Source: Escherichia phage vB_EcoM_HZ_ZJUN4
Sequence record: PP216085
DNA length: 64,000 bases
Direction: 5' to 3' (one strand)
Part shown: positions 41,026 through 49,551 of the stretch, one piece after another
Numbering within the stretch: position 1 is the stretch's first letter
How the letters are laid out: each line of letters starts with the position of its first letter
The notes under the pieces: generated by a model
Database searches by the model: none
Told to the model about the DNA's origin: nothing
What the model saw: the letters and a program-made list of their open reading frames with translations, nothing else
Position numbers and translations under genes: made by a program

Positions 41026-41556
41026 ATGTCACAAGCTCTGCAACAAATTTTTAACCAAGCAAATACAACTAACTTTGTAGTATCAATACCGCATAGTAAT
41101 ACTACATCTGCTTTTACTTTAAATGCTCAGTCAGTTCCTATTCCGGGAATTAGGATACCTGTTACTGATACCGTGACTGGGCCGTTTGGACTGGGCAGAG
41201 CACAACGTCCAGGAGTTACATTTGAGTACGACCCACTCATCGTGAGATTTATAGTTGATGAAGAGCTTAAGTCGTGGATAGGAATGTATGAATGGATGCT
41301 AGGAACTAGTAACTATCTTACAGGCGAAAATACTGCCCAAAAAACAGGTCCTGAATACATTACGCTTTACATTTTAGATAACAGTAAAACTGAAATCGTG
41401 ATGTCAATAAATTTTTATAAGCCTTGGGTTTCTGACCTGTCCGAAGTAGAATTTAGCTACACGGAAGATTCAGACCCGGCTTTAGTATGTACAGCAACGA
41501 TTCCTTATACGTATTTTCAAGTAGAAAAAGATGGTAAAATTATAGCAGAAGTTTAA
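41026..41556 (+). CDS. 3: tail completion / sheath stabiliser gp3
   Basis: 176 aa from the first ATG (GAGG RBS); the track's 203-aa ORF begins at a TTG. Confidence 0.8.
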   Translation: MSQALQQIFNQANTTNFVVSIPHSNTTSAFTLNAQSVPIPGIRIPVTDTVTGPFGLGRAQRPGVTFEYDPLIVRFIVDEELKSWIGMYEWMLGTSNYLTGENTAQKTGPEYITLYILDNSKTEIVMSINFYKPWVSDLSEVEFSYTEDSDPALVCTATIPYTYFQVEKDGKIIAEV

Positions 41557-41605
41557 TGCTTCAGTTTCATGTGTTATAATCTTAACTAAATTTGAGGAGA
41601 AACAT

Positions 41606-42318
41606 ATGAAACTAATCTTTTTAAGTGGTGTAAAGCGTAGTGGAAAAGATACTACTGCAGATTTTATTATGAATAATTATTCTGCAGTTAAATATCAACT
41701 TGCTGGTCCTATTAAAGATGCATTGGCTTATGCATGGGGTGTATTTGCAGCAAACACTGACTATCCTTGCTTAACTCGTAAAGAGTTTGAAGGAATTGAC
41801 TATGATCGTGAGACTAATTTAAATCTGACTAAATTAGAAGTAATTACGATTATGGAACAAGCATTTTGCTATCTTAATAGTAAAAGCCCAATTAAAGGCG
41901 TGTTTGTTTTTGATGACGCAGTTAATTTCGTAGCATTTAACAAGATTGCTGACGTTATAAATAATATTGAAGATCAATGGTCAGTCCGTCGTCTGATGCA
42001 AGCCCTAGGTACGGATTTGATTGTTAATAACTTCGACCGCATGTATTGGGTAAAATTATTTGCTTTAGATTATCTTGATAAATTTAACTCAGGTTATGAT
42101 TATTATATCGTTCCTGATACTCGTCAAGATCATGAAATGGATGCGGCTAGGGCGATGGGTGCTACAGTAATTCATGTAGTTCGTCCTGGTCAAAAATCCA
42201 ATGATACACATATTACAGAAGCTGGATTGCCAATTCGTAATGGTGATTTAGTAATTACAAACGATGGTTCTCTTGAAGAACTTTTTTCTAAAATTAAAAA
42301 TACACTAAAGGTACTATA

Positions 42319-42319
<1 letters not shown>
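41606..42319 (+). CDS. 1: dNMP kinase gp1
   Basis: 237 aa; P-loop GVKRSGKDT; synteny. Confidence 0.9.
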
Positions 42320-43016
<697 letters not shown>

Positions 43017-43028
43017 TTTCACAAAGTT

Positions 43029-43058
43029 GTTTACACGCTGATGAGGTAGTGATACTAT
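43029..43058 (+). promoter_or_regulatory. T4-type early (sigma70) promoter
   Basis: -35 GTTTAC at 43029-43034, 18-nt spacer, extended -10 GTGATACTAT. Confidence 0.6.
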
Positions 43059-43088
43059 TATCTCATCAAAATTAATTAGGAAAATAAA

Positions 43089-43376
43089 ATGAAAACATTT
43101 AAAGAATTTACTTCTACAACTACCCCGGTTTCTACCATTACCGAAGCTACTCTTACTTCTGAAGTTATTAAAGCAAATAAAGGACGAGAAGGTAAACCAA
43201 TGATTAGTCTGGTTGATGGCGAAGAAATCAAAGGTACTGTTTACCTAGGCGATGGGTGGTCTGCTAAAAAGGACGGTGCTACAATCGTTATCTCTCCTGC
43301 TGAAGAAACTGCGTTGTTTAAAGCTAAACACATTTCTGCGGCACATCTCAAAATTATTGCTAAAAATCTTTTGTAA
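43089..43376 (+). CDS. ipI: internal protein I (IPI) precursor
   Basis: 95 aa; long CTS MKTFKEFTSTTTPVSTITE followed by ATLTSEVIKANKGREGKP, recognised. Confidence 0.85.
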   Translation: MKTFKEFTSTTTPVSTITEATLTSEVIKANKGREGKPMISLVDGEEIKGTVYLGDGWSAKKDGATIVISPAEETALFKAKHISAAHLKIIAKNLL

Positions 43377-43394
43377 TAAATATTTCACAAAGTT

Positions 43395-43424
43395 GTTTAC
43401 ATAGGGTTTTAGTTGTGATACTAT
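43395..43424 (+). promoter_or_regulatory. T4-type early promoter
   Basis: GTTTAC, 18-nt spacer, GTGATACTAT. Confidence 0.6.
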
Positions 43425-43452
43425 TACCCTATCAACTACTGAGGAGAATAAA

Positions 43453-43638
43453 ATGAAACGTTGTGAATTAATTCGAAATGTTGCTATTGCAATTTCTGCT
43501 TCTGCTTTTAGTTTTTCAATGTTTGTTGGATTTATATGTGGATTATTAACTACAGCAGAAAACGTTTTTTCACTTGTAGTAGCATTTTTAATTGGTTTAA
43601 TCGCTATTGTTATGGATAAAATTTCTAAAGGTGAATAG
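43453..43638 (+). CDS. small membrane protein (two predicted TM segments)
   Basis: 61-aa strongly hydrophobic ORF with its own early promoter. Confidence 0.5.
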   Translation: MKRCELIRNVAIAISASAFSFSMFVGFICGLLTTAENVFSLVVAFLIGLIAIVMDKISKGE

Positions 43639-43639
43639 A

Positions 43640-44017
43640 ATGTACAAAGTGTACGCGGATTATCAGGCTAATCCATCTAAAAAGCCAAGCTGTCAAATAG
43701 GATGGGCTCATGATACTTTGCTTGAAGCAGTAGATGCTGCTCAAAAATTGGGATATAAATATGTAGAGATTGTTCAACTTCCATCAGGAACAGTTATTAC
43801 TCTCGAAGAGTTTAATAATATTAAACCAAACTTTTTACTTTTTGCAGGTGATAATTATTATCCTCGTGGTGGATATGATGATTTGATTGCGTATGCTGAA
43901 ACAGAAGATGAATTACGCCAAATTATTGAAGACAATAAATCAAAACGATTTGGCGATAGTTTCGACTGGTGGCAAATCGTAAATGCCCATACACATACTA
44001 TTGTTGATAAAGGTTAA
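43640..44017 (+). CDS. hypothetical protein
   Basis: Start at ATG 43640 after the previous stop (track ORF 43607 overlaps the upstream gene); 125 aa. Confidence 0.5.
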   Translation: MYKVYADYQANPSKKPSCQIGWAHDTLLEAVDAAQKLGYKYVEIVQLPSGTVITLEEFNNIKPNFLLFAGDNYYPRGGYDDLIAYAETEDELRQIIEDNKSKRFGDSFDWWQIVNAHTHTIVDKG

Positions 44018-44019
44018 TA

Positions 44020-44307
44020 ATGATTCTTTATGCGAAAGTATCATCCATTGAAAATGGATATAAATATGATCAAGAAGCAGCTAAAGCCTTGATTGATGAT
44101 TATGGCATTTTAACATGTTTTGAAGTTGAAAAGGTTTACATTGACCGTTCATCTTCTCAAGTTAAATTAGTGAAGGAAGACCGTAAATTTAATACAGTAA
44201 ATTTTGATTTCTTTATTGAAACAGAAAAAGGTCCTCTTGAATATGATATTTTCAAGAATCCTTTGGGTCTTGAATGCATCGTAAATATGTATCATCATAA
44301 ATGGTAA
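44020..44307 (+). CDS. hypothetical protein
   Basis: 95-aa ORF tightly packed behind the previous gene. Confidence 0.5.
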   Translation: MILYAKVSSIENGYKYDQEAAKALIDDYGILTCFEVEKVYIDRSSSQVKLVKEDRKFNTVNFDFFIETEKGPLEYDIFKNPLGLECIVNMYHHKW

Positions 44308-44404
44308 ATATGCTTTAAGAATTATTTGTTATTATTAACTCATATCGCACTGATTAATACCCTCTATCATCAAGGGTTCTTGCTTGAGAGCCTTTGTTAA
44401 TAAT

Positions 44405-44477
44405 TGGGAATTAGCCAAGTTGGTAAGGCACTGGATTTTGATTCCAGGATGCAAAGGTTCGAGTCCTTTATTCCCAG
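44405..44477 (+). tRNA. tRNA-Gln (anticodon UUG)
   Basis: Cloverleaf folded by hand: acceptor TGGGAAT/ATTCCCA, anticodon loop TTTTGAT, T-loop GGTTCGAGTCC. Confidence 0.8.
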
Positions 44478-44478
44478 C

Positions 44479-44565
44479 GCGAGAATGGTCAAATTGGTAA
44501 AGGCACAGCACTTAAAATGCTGCGGAATGATTTCCTTGTGGGTTCGAGTCCCACTTCTCGCACCA
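44479..44565 (+). tRNA. tRNA-Leu (anticodon UAA), type II, CCA encoded
   Basis: Acceptor GCGAGAA/TTCTCGC, anticodon loop CTTAAAA, long variable arm, GGTTCGAGTCC. Confidence 0.8.
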
Positions 44566-44570
44566 AATTT

Positions 44571-44644
<74 letters not shown>

Positions 44645-44654
44645 ATTTAATTTA

Positions 44655-44728
44655 CTCCGTGTAGCTCAGTTTGGTAGAGCGCCTGATTTGGGATCAGGAG
44701 GTCCAAGGTTCAAATCCTTGTATGGAGA
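44655..44728 (+). tRNA. tRNA-Pro (anticodon UGG), no encoded CCA
   Basis: Anticodon stem CCTGA/TCAGG, loop TTTGGGA; GGTTCAAATCC T-arm. Confidence 0.8.
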
Positions 44729-44730
44729 CT

Positions 44731-44820
44731 GGAGGCGTGGCAGAGTGGTTTAATGCACCGGTCTTGAAAACCGGCAGTCGCTCCGGCGACTCATAGGTTC
44801 AAATCCTATCGCCTCCGCCA
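44731..44820 (+). tRNA. tRNA-Ser (anticodon UGA), type II
   Basis: Acceptor GGAGGCG/CGCCTCC, anticodon stem CCGGT/ACCGG, loop CTTGAAA, long variable arm. Confidence 0.8.
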
Positions 44821-44825
44821 GTTTT

Positions 44826-44901
44826 GCTGATTTAGCTCAGTAGGTAGAGCAACTCACTTGTAATGAGAAGGTCGGCGGTTCGATTCCGTCAATCAGCACC
44901 A
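44826..44901 (+). tRNA. tRNA-Thr (anticodon UGU)
   Basis: Acceptor GCTGATT/AATCAGC, anticodon loop CTTGTAA, GGTTCGATTCC T-arm. Confidence 0.8.
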
Positions 44902-44902
44902 A

Positions 44903-44977
44903 GGCCCTGTAGCTGGAAGGTTCAAGCAAGCGACTCATAATCGCCAGATGGTGGTTCAATTCCACCCAGGGCCACCA
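44903..44977 (+). tRNA. tRNA with CAU anticodon (Ile by synteny with T4, reading AUA after modification; Met not excluded)
   Basis: Acceptor GGCCCTG/CAGGGCC, anticodon loop CTCATAA, GGTTCAATTCC T-arm. Confidence 0.7.
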
Positions 44978-44990
44978 AATTAAGAATTAA

Positions 44991-45077
44991 GGGGAGTTAT
45001 CCCGTAGAGGTAGCGGTGTGGACTGTAAATCCATTGTCATTGCGACTCGGGTGGTTCGACTCCATCACTCCCCACCA
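44991..45077 (+). tRNA. tRNA-Tyr-like (anticodon GUA), type II
   Basis: Acceptor GGGGAGT/ACTCCCC, anticodon stem GTGGA/TCCAT, loop CTGTAAA, long variable arm, T-arm GGTGG-TTCGACT-CCATC; D-arm pairing imperfect. Confidence 0.6.
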
Positions 45078-45081
45078 ATTT

Positions 45082-45156
45082 GGATGTGTAGCTCAATGGC
45101 AGAGCGATCGCCTGTTAAGCGATTGGTTATAGGTTCGAATCCTATCACGTCCGCCA
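45082..45156 (+). tRNA. tRNA-Asn (anticodon GUU)
   Basis: Acceptor GGATGTG/CACGTCC, D-stem GCTC/GAGC, anticodon stem ATCGC/GCGAT, loop CTGTTAA, GGTTCGAATCC T-arm. Confidence 0.7.
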
Positions 45157-45160
45157 AATC

Positions 45161-45236
45161 CGAGGCATAGCTCAGAAGGAAGAGCAAGGACCTTCTAAGT
45201 CCTAGGTCGTAGGTTCGATCCCTACTGCCTCGACCA
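45161..45236 (+). tRNA. tRNA-Arg (anticodon UCU)
   Basis: Acceptor CGAGGCA/TGCCTCG, D-stem GCTC/GAGC, anticodon stem AGGAC/GTCCT, loop CTTCTAA, GGTTCGATCCC T-arm. Confidence 0.8.
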
Positions 45237-45252
45237 ATTAAGTGAGGAAAAT

Positions 45253-45603
45253 ATGAAAGGTAATGTTTATTTAGTAGTTCATGATTTAACATTCTATTTT
45301 AATCACAATGACACTGTTATTTCTGAACGTGTAATTAATTTACTTTATCAGCATGCAGATTATGTTTATGTCGAAAACGAATACGGTCATTGGCAATTTC
45401 TCAAAAATCGTTCATTTGGTTTAGATGGTTACGAATACTTTGAACGTAAAGACCTTTTAGATAAAATTCCGTTATCTACACAATATCAAAATCATAAGTC
45501 TTTATATAAATGCCGTCCAATTCGAAATGCTGAATCTGCGTATGAAGTAATTGATTTATGGCGTAAACGTCGTGGACAGGTTGATGCTTTAAAAGAATAC
45601 TAA
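45253..45603 (+). CDS. hypothetical protein
   Basis: 116-aa ORF starting 17 nt after tRNA-Arg, with a GAGG RBS. Confidence 0.5.
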   Translation: MKGNVYLVVHDLTFYFNHNDTVISERVINLLYQHADYVYVENEYGHWQFLKNRSFGLDGYEYFERKDLLDKIPLSTQYQNHKSLYKCRPIRNAESAYEVIDLWRKRRGQVDALKEY

Positions 45604-45771
45604 GAAACCGGGTCGCTACCGGTAAGTCGTCGGACTGATGTTCCCTGGGTAAGGAATTGTGTTAATAAATCTTTATGATTTGTTGATGCCCTCTTACATC
45701 ACAGCAGAAACGGCGCACCGAATTATCGATTCGAGGAAATATCTTTGCCGTAAGCCGAGTAGCGTTTTTGA

Positions 45772-45863
45772 CGGAACGTTCGGATATGGTCGAGATATGG
45801 CCTTTTAAAAATATTAAGTAGCGTCAACTGCTTAATAACCGGGTTCGAATCCCGGCGTTTCGT
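45772..45863 (+). ncRNA. tRNA-like element (acceptor stem plus T-arm with divergent core); possible stable RNA or degenerate tRNA
   Basis: 7-bp acceptor-like helix CGGAACG/CGTTTCG flanking a T-arm CCGGG-TTCGAAT-CCCGG; ORF-free, GC-rich. Confidence 0.3.
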
Positions 45864-45914
45864 ACAAACACTTGCCTTAGCAGGTGGAACCCCGACAAGG
45901 TTGCCGCAAGGCTT

Positions 45915-45943
45915 AGCCCCGACCGAAAGGTTGGGGCTTTTTA
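45915..45943 (+). terminator. intrinsic terminator (repeat copy 1)
   Basis: 10-bp stem AGCCCCGACC/GGTTGGGGCT with GAAA loop, then TTTTT. Confidence 0.75.
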
Positions 45944-45944
45944 G

Positions 45945-45952
45945 TATAAATA
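45945..45952 (+). promoter_or_regulatory. late promoter box TATAAATA
   Basis: Exact TATAAATA 40 nt upstream of the 45992 ATG. Confidence 0.45.
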
Positions 45953-45991
45953 TAGTAGTGTATTAAATCACGAATTAAAACAGGAAATAAG

Positions 45992-46465
45992 ATGAAATCA
46001 TATGCTCAATTTTTAAATGAAGTGGTGTTAAATGAAGCATCCGCTTCAGATGTTCGCGCTGTAGCAACTGCTGCTATTAAAGCTGGTAAATATTCTTATA
46101 AAGATGCTTCTGACGAATCCCGGTACAAGTTCTACGACGATATGAGAGCTGAAGGCTTTGTGGGTAACTATGTTACCACCGCCTGGAAAAGTCTGGTTGC
46201 TACTGGTGCGGCTTTCGAAAAACCTTCCGGTAAACCTGCTCCTAAAGCAGATCCTAAAGCTGCACAAGAAAAAAATATTGTTAAAGGAATTATCGCTAAA
46301 TATGAAGCTATACTTAAAGAGCTTTTAGTAATTAAAACCGAAGGCCAAAAATTAGCCCGTGCCTATAGTTTCAAAGATAATCCACATGCTCATGACCTAG
46401 AGTATGTTGAAGACATCCAAAAAATTATTAAAGACCGCATTTGGTCTGCTAAACAAATCAAATAA
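45992..46465 (+). CDS. candidate internal (capsid-targeted) protein, unrecognised family
   Basis: 157 aa; N-terminus MKSYAQFLNE matches the 10-residue CTS of T4 internal proteins; flanked by identical terminators. Confidence 0.6.
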   Translation: MKSYAQFLNEVVLNEASASDVRAVATAAIKAGKYSYKDASDESRYKFYDDMRAEGFVGNYVTTAWKSLVATGAAFEKPSGKPAPKADPKAAQEKNIVKGIIAKYEAILKELLVIKTEGQKLARAYSFKDNPHAHDLEYVEDIQKIIKDRIWSAKQIK

Positions 46466-46472
46466 CATTCTT

Positions 46473-46501
46473 AGCCCCGACCGAAAGGTTGGGGCTTTTT
46501 A
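46473..46501 (+). terminator. intrinsic terminator (repeat copy 2)
   Basis: Same hairpin as 45915-45943, then TTTTT. Confidence 0.75.
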
Positions 46502-46590
46502 GTTTGAATCGCATAGAGAATGCTGTTACGGATAATAACAAAGTAATAAATAATTAATAACTGACCGATAAATTATTTCAAGGATTTTAA

Positions 46591-47154
46591 ATGAAAACCT
46601 ATGCCGAATTTTTAACCGAAGCAGCAAAATTACCATCTGAAGCAGAACTTACTAAAGTATTCTTCCAATTGGACCCAAAAGACCGTGGCGATTTTCTTAA
46701 GTGGAAAGCTAAAGCTATTGAAATGTATAACATTGATAATAGTTCTTTTACGATGAGTCAAGAAAATAAATTCAATAAAGCATTTTTCAAAATTTCTAAG
46801 AAACTGGCATCTGGCGCTCAGGTTCCTAAATCTGCCTTAGCTACTCCTGAACGTGCGCCTGTTAAAATTTCTAAGAATATGTTCGACACTAAAAAATACG
46901 TTAATGCTTTGAATAAAGCTCTTGATGCATTGGATGATGCAAAGAAGGCAGCCCGTGATCTTCAAGACGTGTACATCGATTTTGATCGTAAAACTAAAGG
47001 TTCTATTTCAAATAGCGAACGCAATAGTGTAAGCGTTTATTCTGATAGCCTTGACGTTCTTGGCGATGCGTATACTGAAATTAAAAATCGTATTAACACC
47101 GCATCTAAACTAAAAGCTGCCGCAGAAGCTATAATAGCTAAACTAGGTAAATAA
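46591..47154 (+). CDS. candidate internal (capsid-targeted) protein, unrecognised family
   Basis: 187 aa; N-terminus MKTYAEFLTE matches the T4 CTS; Lys/Ala-rich body. Confidence 0.6.
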   Translation: MKTYAEFLTEAAKLPSEAELTKVFFQLDPKDRGDFLKWKAKAIEMYNIDNSSFTMSQENKFNKAFFKISKKLASGAQVPKSALATPERAPVKISKNMFDTKKYVNALNKALDALDDAKKAARDLQDVYIDFDRKTKGSISNSERNSVSVYSDSLDVLGDAYTEIKNRINTASKLKAAAEAIIAKLGK

Positions 47155-47163
47155 TTTTAAACC

Positions 47164-47188
47164 CCCTATCTAAATGATAGGGCTTTTT
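47164..47188 (+). terminator. intrinsic terminator
   Basis: CCCTATC-TAAAT-GATAGGG then CTTTTT. Confidence 0.6.
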
Positions 47189-47322
47189 GGTATCTAGGCC
47201 TTTCTGGACCTCTCTAAGAATCATTTAGTTTCTACCCTTTATAATATATTATCCTATCCTTTAATTGCCCCTCCCTGTCCTAGAATTCCCTAAAACTTTT
47301 TAAAAAATTTTTTCACAAAACT

Positions 47323-47352
47323 GTTTACATCCCCGTTCTTCCATGGTACTAT
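47323..47352 (+). promoter_or_regulatory. T4-type early promoter
   Basis: GTTTAC, 18-nt spacer, GGTACTATACAACTATCAAC. Confidence 0.6.
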
Positions 47353-47395
47353 ACAACTATCAACTGCTGATACAGAAAACAACTTGGAGAATGAA

Positions 47396-47659
47396 ATGGA
47401 TAATTACGGCGAACTGTTCAACTTCTTTATGAAATGCGTTTCAGAAGATTTCGGTCGTACAGTGAATGATATTAAAGTCATCGGTCCTGACCATCCGATG
47501 TTTGAAACTTACGCAGTAATGGGTAATGAAGACGGTCAGTGGTATACTGTAAAAGTTGTGATTAATATGTTCACTGCTGAAGGTTATGTTAAACTGTCTT
47601 CTAAAGTTTACCACGATAACGATGAAATCGCAGAAGAATATTTCAATAATATGAAATAA
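47396..47659 (+). CDS. hypothetical protein
   Basis: Track ORF begins at TTG 47384; first ATG at 47396 with GGAGA RBS; 87 aa. Confidence 0.5.
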   Translation: MDNYGELFNFFMKCVSEDFGRTVNDIKVIGPDHPMFETYAVMGNEDGQWYTVKVVINMFTAEGYVKLSSKVYHDNDEIAEEYFNNMK

Positions 47660-47947
47660 GTGTGTACAAACACCAAGGACGGTGTTATTATAGACTTATC
47701 AAAACAATCACAGAAGCGGAGAAATAAATGACTACTTTAACTATTTGGTTTGACGAAAATGAAGAAACATACTGTGTGAACATTGATGAAAGTACAATGC
47801 CAGAATTTGAATCTTTAGATAAAAACTCGGTTGTATCTTGGGTTGAAGGTTATAAAGCAGCAAAAGGCGATGTTGAAATAGTTTACAAACTATCCGGAGT
47901 ATAATACTCTCATGGATTTTAAATCTTAATTAACCTAAGGAAATACT

Positions 47948-48541
47948 ATGAACACACTGAAGAAAATTGTTGATTTTATTCGCACTAAACTTGGTTCTGC
48001 AATGGCTAAAAATCTATCTGTTGAAGAACAGTATACTGCTGCAGCAGCAAAACTGCTTGATAAAATTAAAGACCTAAAAACTGCTTCTGTTAAATCTATT
48101 AATGAAGAAAAACGTATTCGTGAACTTATTGTTGAAAAGAATAAACAGGCTGAATCAAAAGAGCGTGAAATTCGCAAGCTTCTTTCCGAAGGTCAAGATG
48201 TAACAATGCATGCTAAACTTGGCTTGCTATATCGTCGAACAGCTGAACAGCTGACTACTAAAGCTGATGGGTATGCTGAAATGCGAATTGAAATCGCCAA
48301 GAAAGTAGTTGAGTTAGATGATGCTCGTCAAGAACTTGCAGTTAAATTGGAATATATCCGTGAAACTCGTGCGGCAAATGCCCTTGGAATTAGTACTGCT
48401 GATGATGTAGTTGAAATCGCAGCGCTAACTAAGGTTGATATTGAAGATACCCTTGCTCGAGTTGAAACCTTTAACGGTAATATTTCTGGGGTTGAAACCA
48501 CTTCTGCCGATGTTCAGGAATACATTAATTCTCTGAAATAA
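47948..48541 (+). CDS. coiled-coil protein, possibly PspA/IM30-like
   Basis: 197 aa, almost entirely heptad-like Lys/Glu/Ala/Leu helices; the PspA resemblance is by eye only. Confidence 0.45.
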   Translation: MNTLKKIVDFIRTKLGSAMAKNLSVEEQYTAAAAKLLDKIKDLKTASVKSINEEKRIRELIVEKNKQAESKEREIRKLLSEGQDVTMHAKLGLLYRRTAEQLTTKADGYAEMRIEIAKKVVELDDARQELAVKLEYIRETRAANALGISTADDVVEIAALTKVDIEDTLARVETFNGNISGVETTSADVQEYINSLK

Positions 48542-48581
48542 TGATAAGGGGCTTCGGCCCCTATTACTGGAGTAAATAGGA

Positions 48582-49190
48582 ATGAGAATGCAAAATGATT
48601 TCAATTCAATGTTTGAAGAGTTCCAAAGACATGTTGATGTTCCAGACCAATTACTAAATGCTCTTAAACGTATGGCAGAAGGACGTAATTACTATTGGGG
48701 CTCTTCGTATGAAACTGATGAAAGCCTTTCTGGAAGACTTTATAGAGGTAAAAAGTCTTTAATACGTCCTGGAATACTTATTAACAGTATTGAATCAATT
48801 CATTCATTGACATGTGATTTTGATGTTGAATTTACTGATTTCATTTCCCCTGAATGGACGGTATGCTATTTAAACGATGATTATGACTATCTTGGCATTT
48901 ATAGTTTAAGTGACGCGGGGTTTAGACGTAATTTACAAAAGTCAAATTTATTTTATATTGATACTACGGTAAAATTTCAAGGCAAGAAATATTTCTTTAC
49001 TCTTATAGTTGACTCTGAAACAAAATATGAAAATAAACGTATTCTTAGTAAAAAGAATATCTTGACTATTATTGATGATCTTTTTGATAAATTCGTGGAA
49101 AATCCTAATTTTGAAAGCGATTTATTATTAGAAAAATTTGTTAAGGAATGTAGAGAATATGTCAAAGCCATCACTATACCTTCCAAGTAA
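48582..49190 (+). CDS. hypothetical protein
   Basis: 202-aa ORF. Confidence 0.5.
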   Translation: MRMQNDFNSMFEEFQRHVDVPDQLLNALKRMAEGRNYYWGSSYETDESLSGRLYRGKKSLIRPGILINSIESIHSLTCDFDVEFTDFISPEWTVCYLNDDYDYLGIYSLSDAGFRRNLQKSNLFYIDTTVKFQGKKYFFTLIVDSETKYENKRILSKKNILTIIDDLFDKFVENPNFESDLLLEKFVKECREYVKAITIPSK

Positions 49191-49551
49191 ACCTTTGAAG
49201 TATGAATTAAAGCGCCAGATAATTTCTACCGATGTATTAATAGGTCCTGTTATACTCATATCATTTGTAATTCTATTGATTATTGGAGGTGTTTTAGATG
49301 TTATGACTGATATTGATTCTGGCGAAATACTTGTATTAATGCTAATTCTTCCATTAATAGTTCCATTTTTATTAGTACCTGTAAATTGGGTAGGATACTG
49401 GTATCAAGGAAGGCATTATCGTAAACGCGTACGTGATTGGAAAGCACAGTGTAAAAAGATTAAAAAGGAACACCAGCTTAAACTAGATATGTATGAATTT
49501 GATGAAATTATGAAATTTGTTAAGGAATCACGATGCAAAGGCCAAAACTAA
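49159..49551 (+). CDS. small membrane protein
   Basis: Start at ATG 49159 (MSKPSLY...); two hydrophobic segments, basic C-terminus. Confidence 0.5.
   Translation: MSKPSLYLPSKPLKYELKRQIISTDVLIGPVILISFVILLIIGGVLDVMTDIDSGEILVLMLILPLIVPFLLVPVNWVGYWYQGRHYRKRVRDWKAQCKKIKKEHQLKLDMYEFDEIMKFVKESRCKGQN

Noticed and set aside
44991-45156. Interpreting the two elements between the CAU tRNA and tRNA-Arg as T4-type stable RNA species 1 and 2
   Set aside because: Both are 75-87 nt and fold into cloverleaves with clear anticodon loops, whereas the T4 stable RNAs are, as I recall, about 120-140 nt; kept as tRNAs with reduced confidence for the Tyr-like one
45912-46503. Possible CRISPR-like repeat
   Set aside because: Only two copies, each a canonical hairpin plus U-tract terminator in a gene-flanking position; no array and no cas genes
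47727-47904. Possible small gene after a GGAG RBS
   Set aside because: The ATG at 47727 opens a frame that stops after 19 codons; a 48-codon frame from 47758 has no convincing RBS; left uncalled
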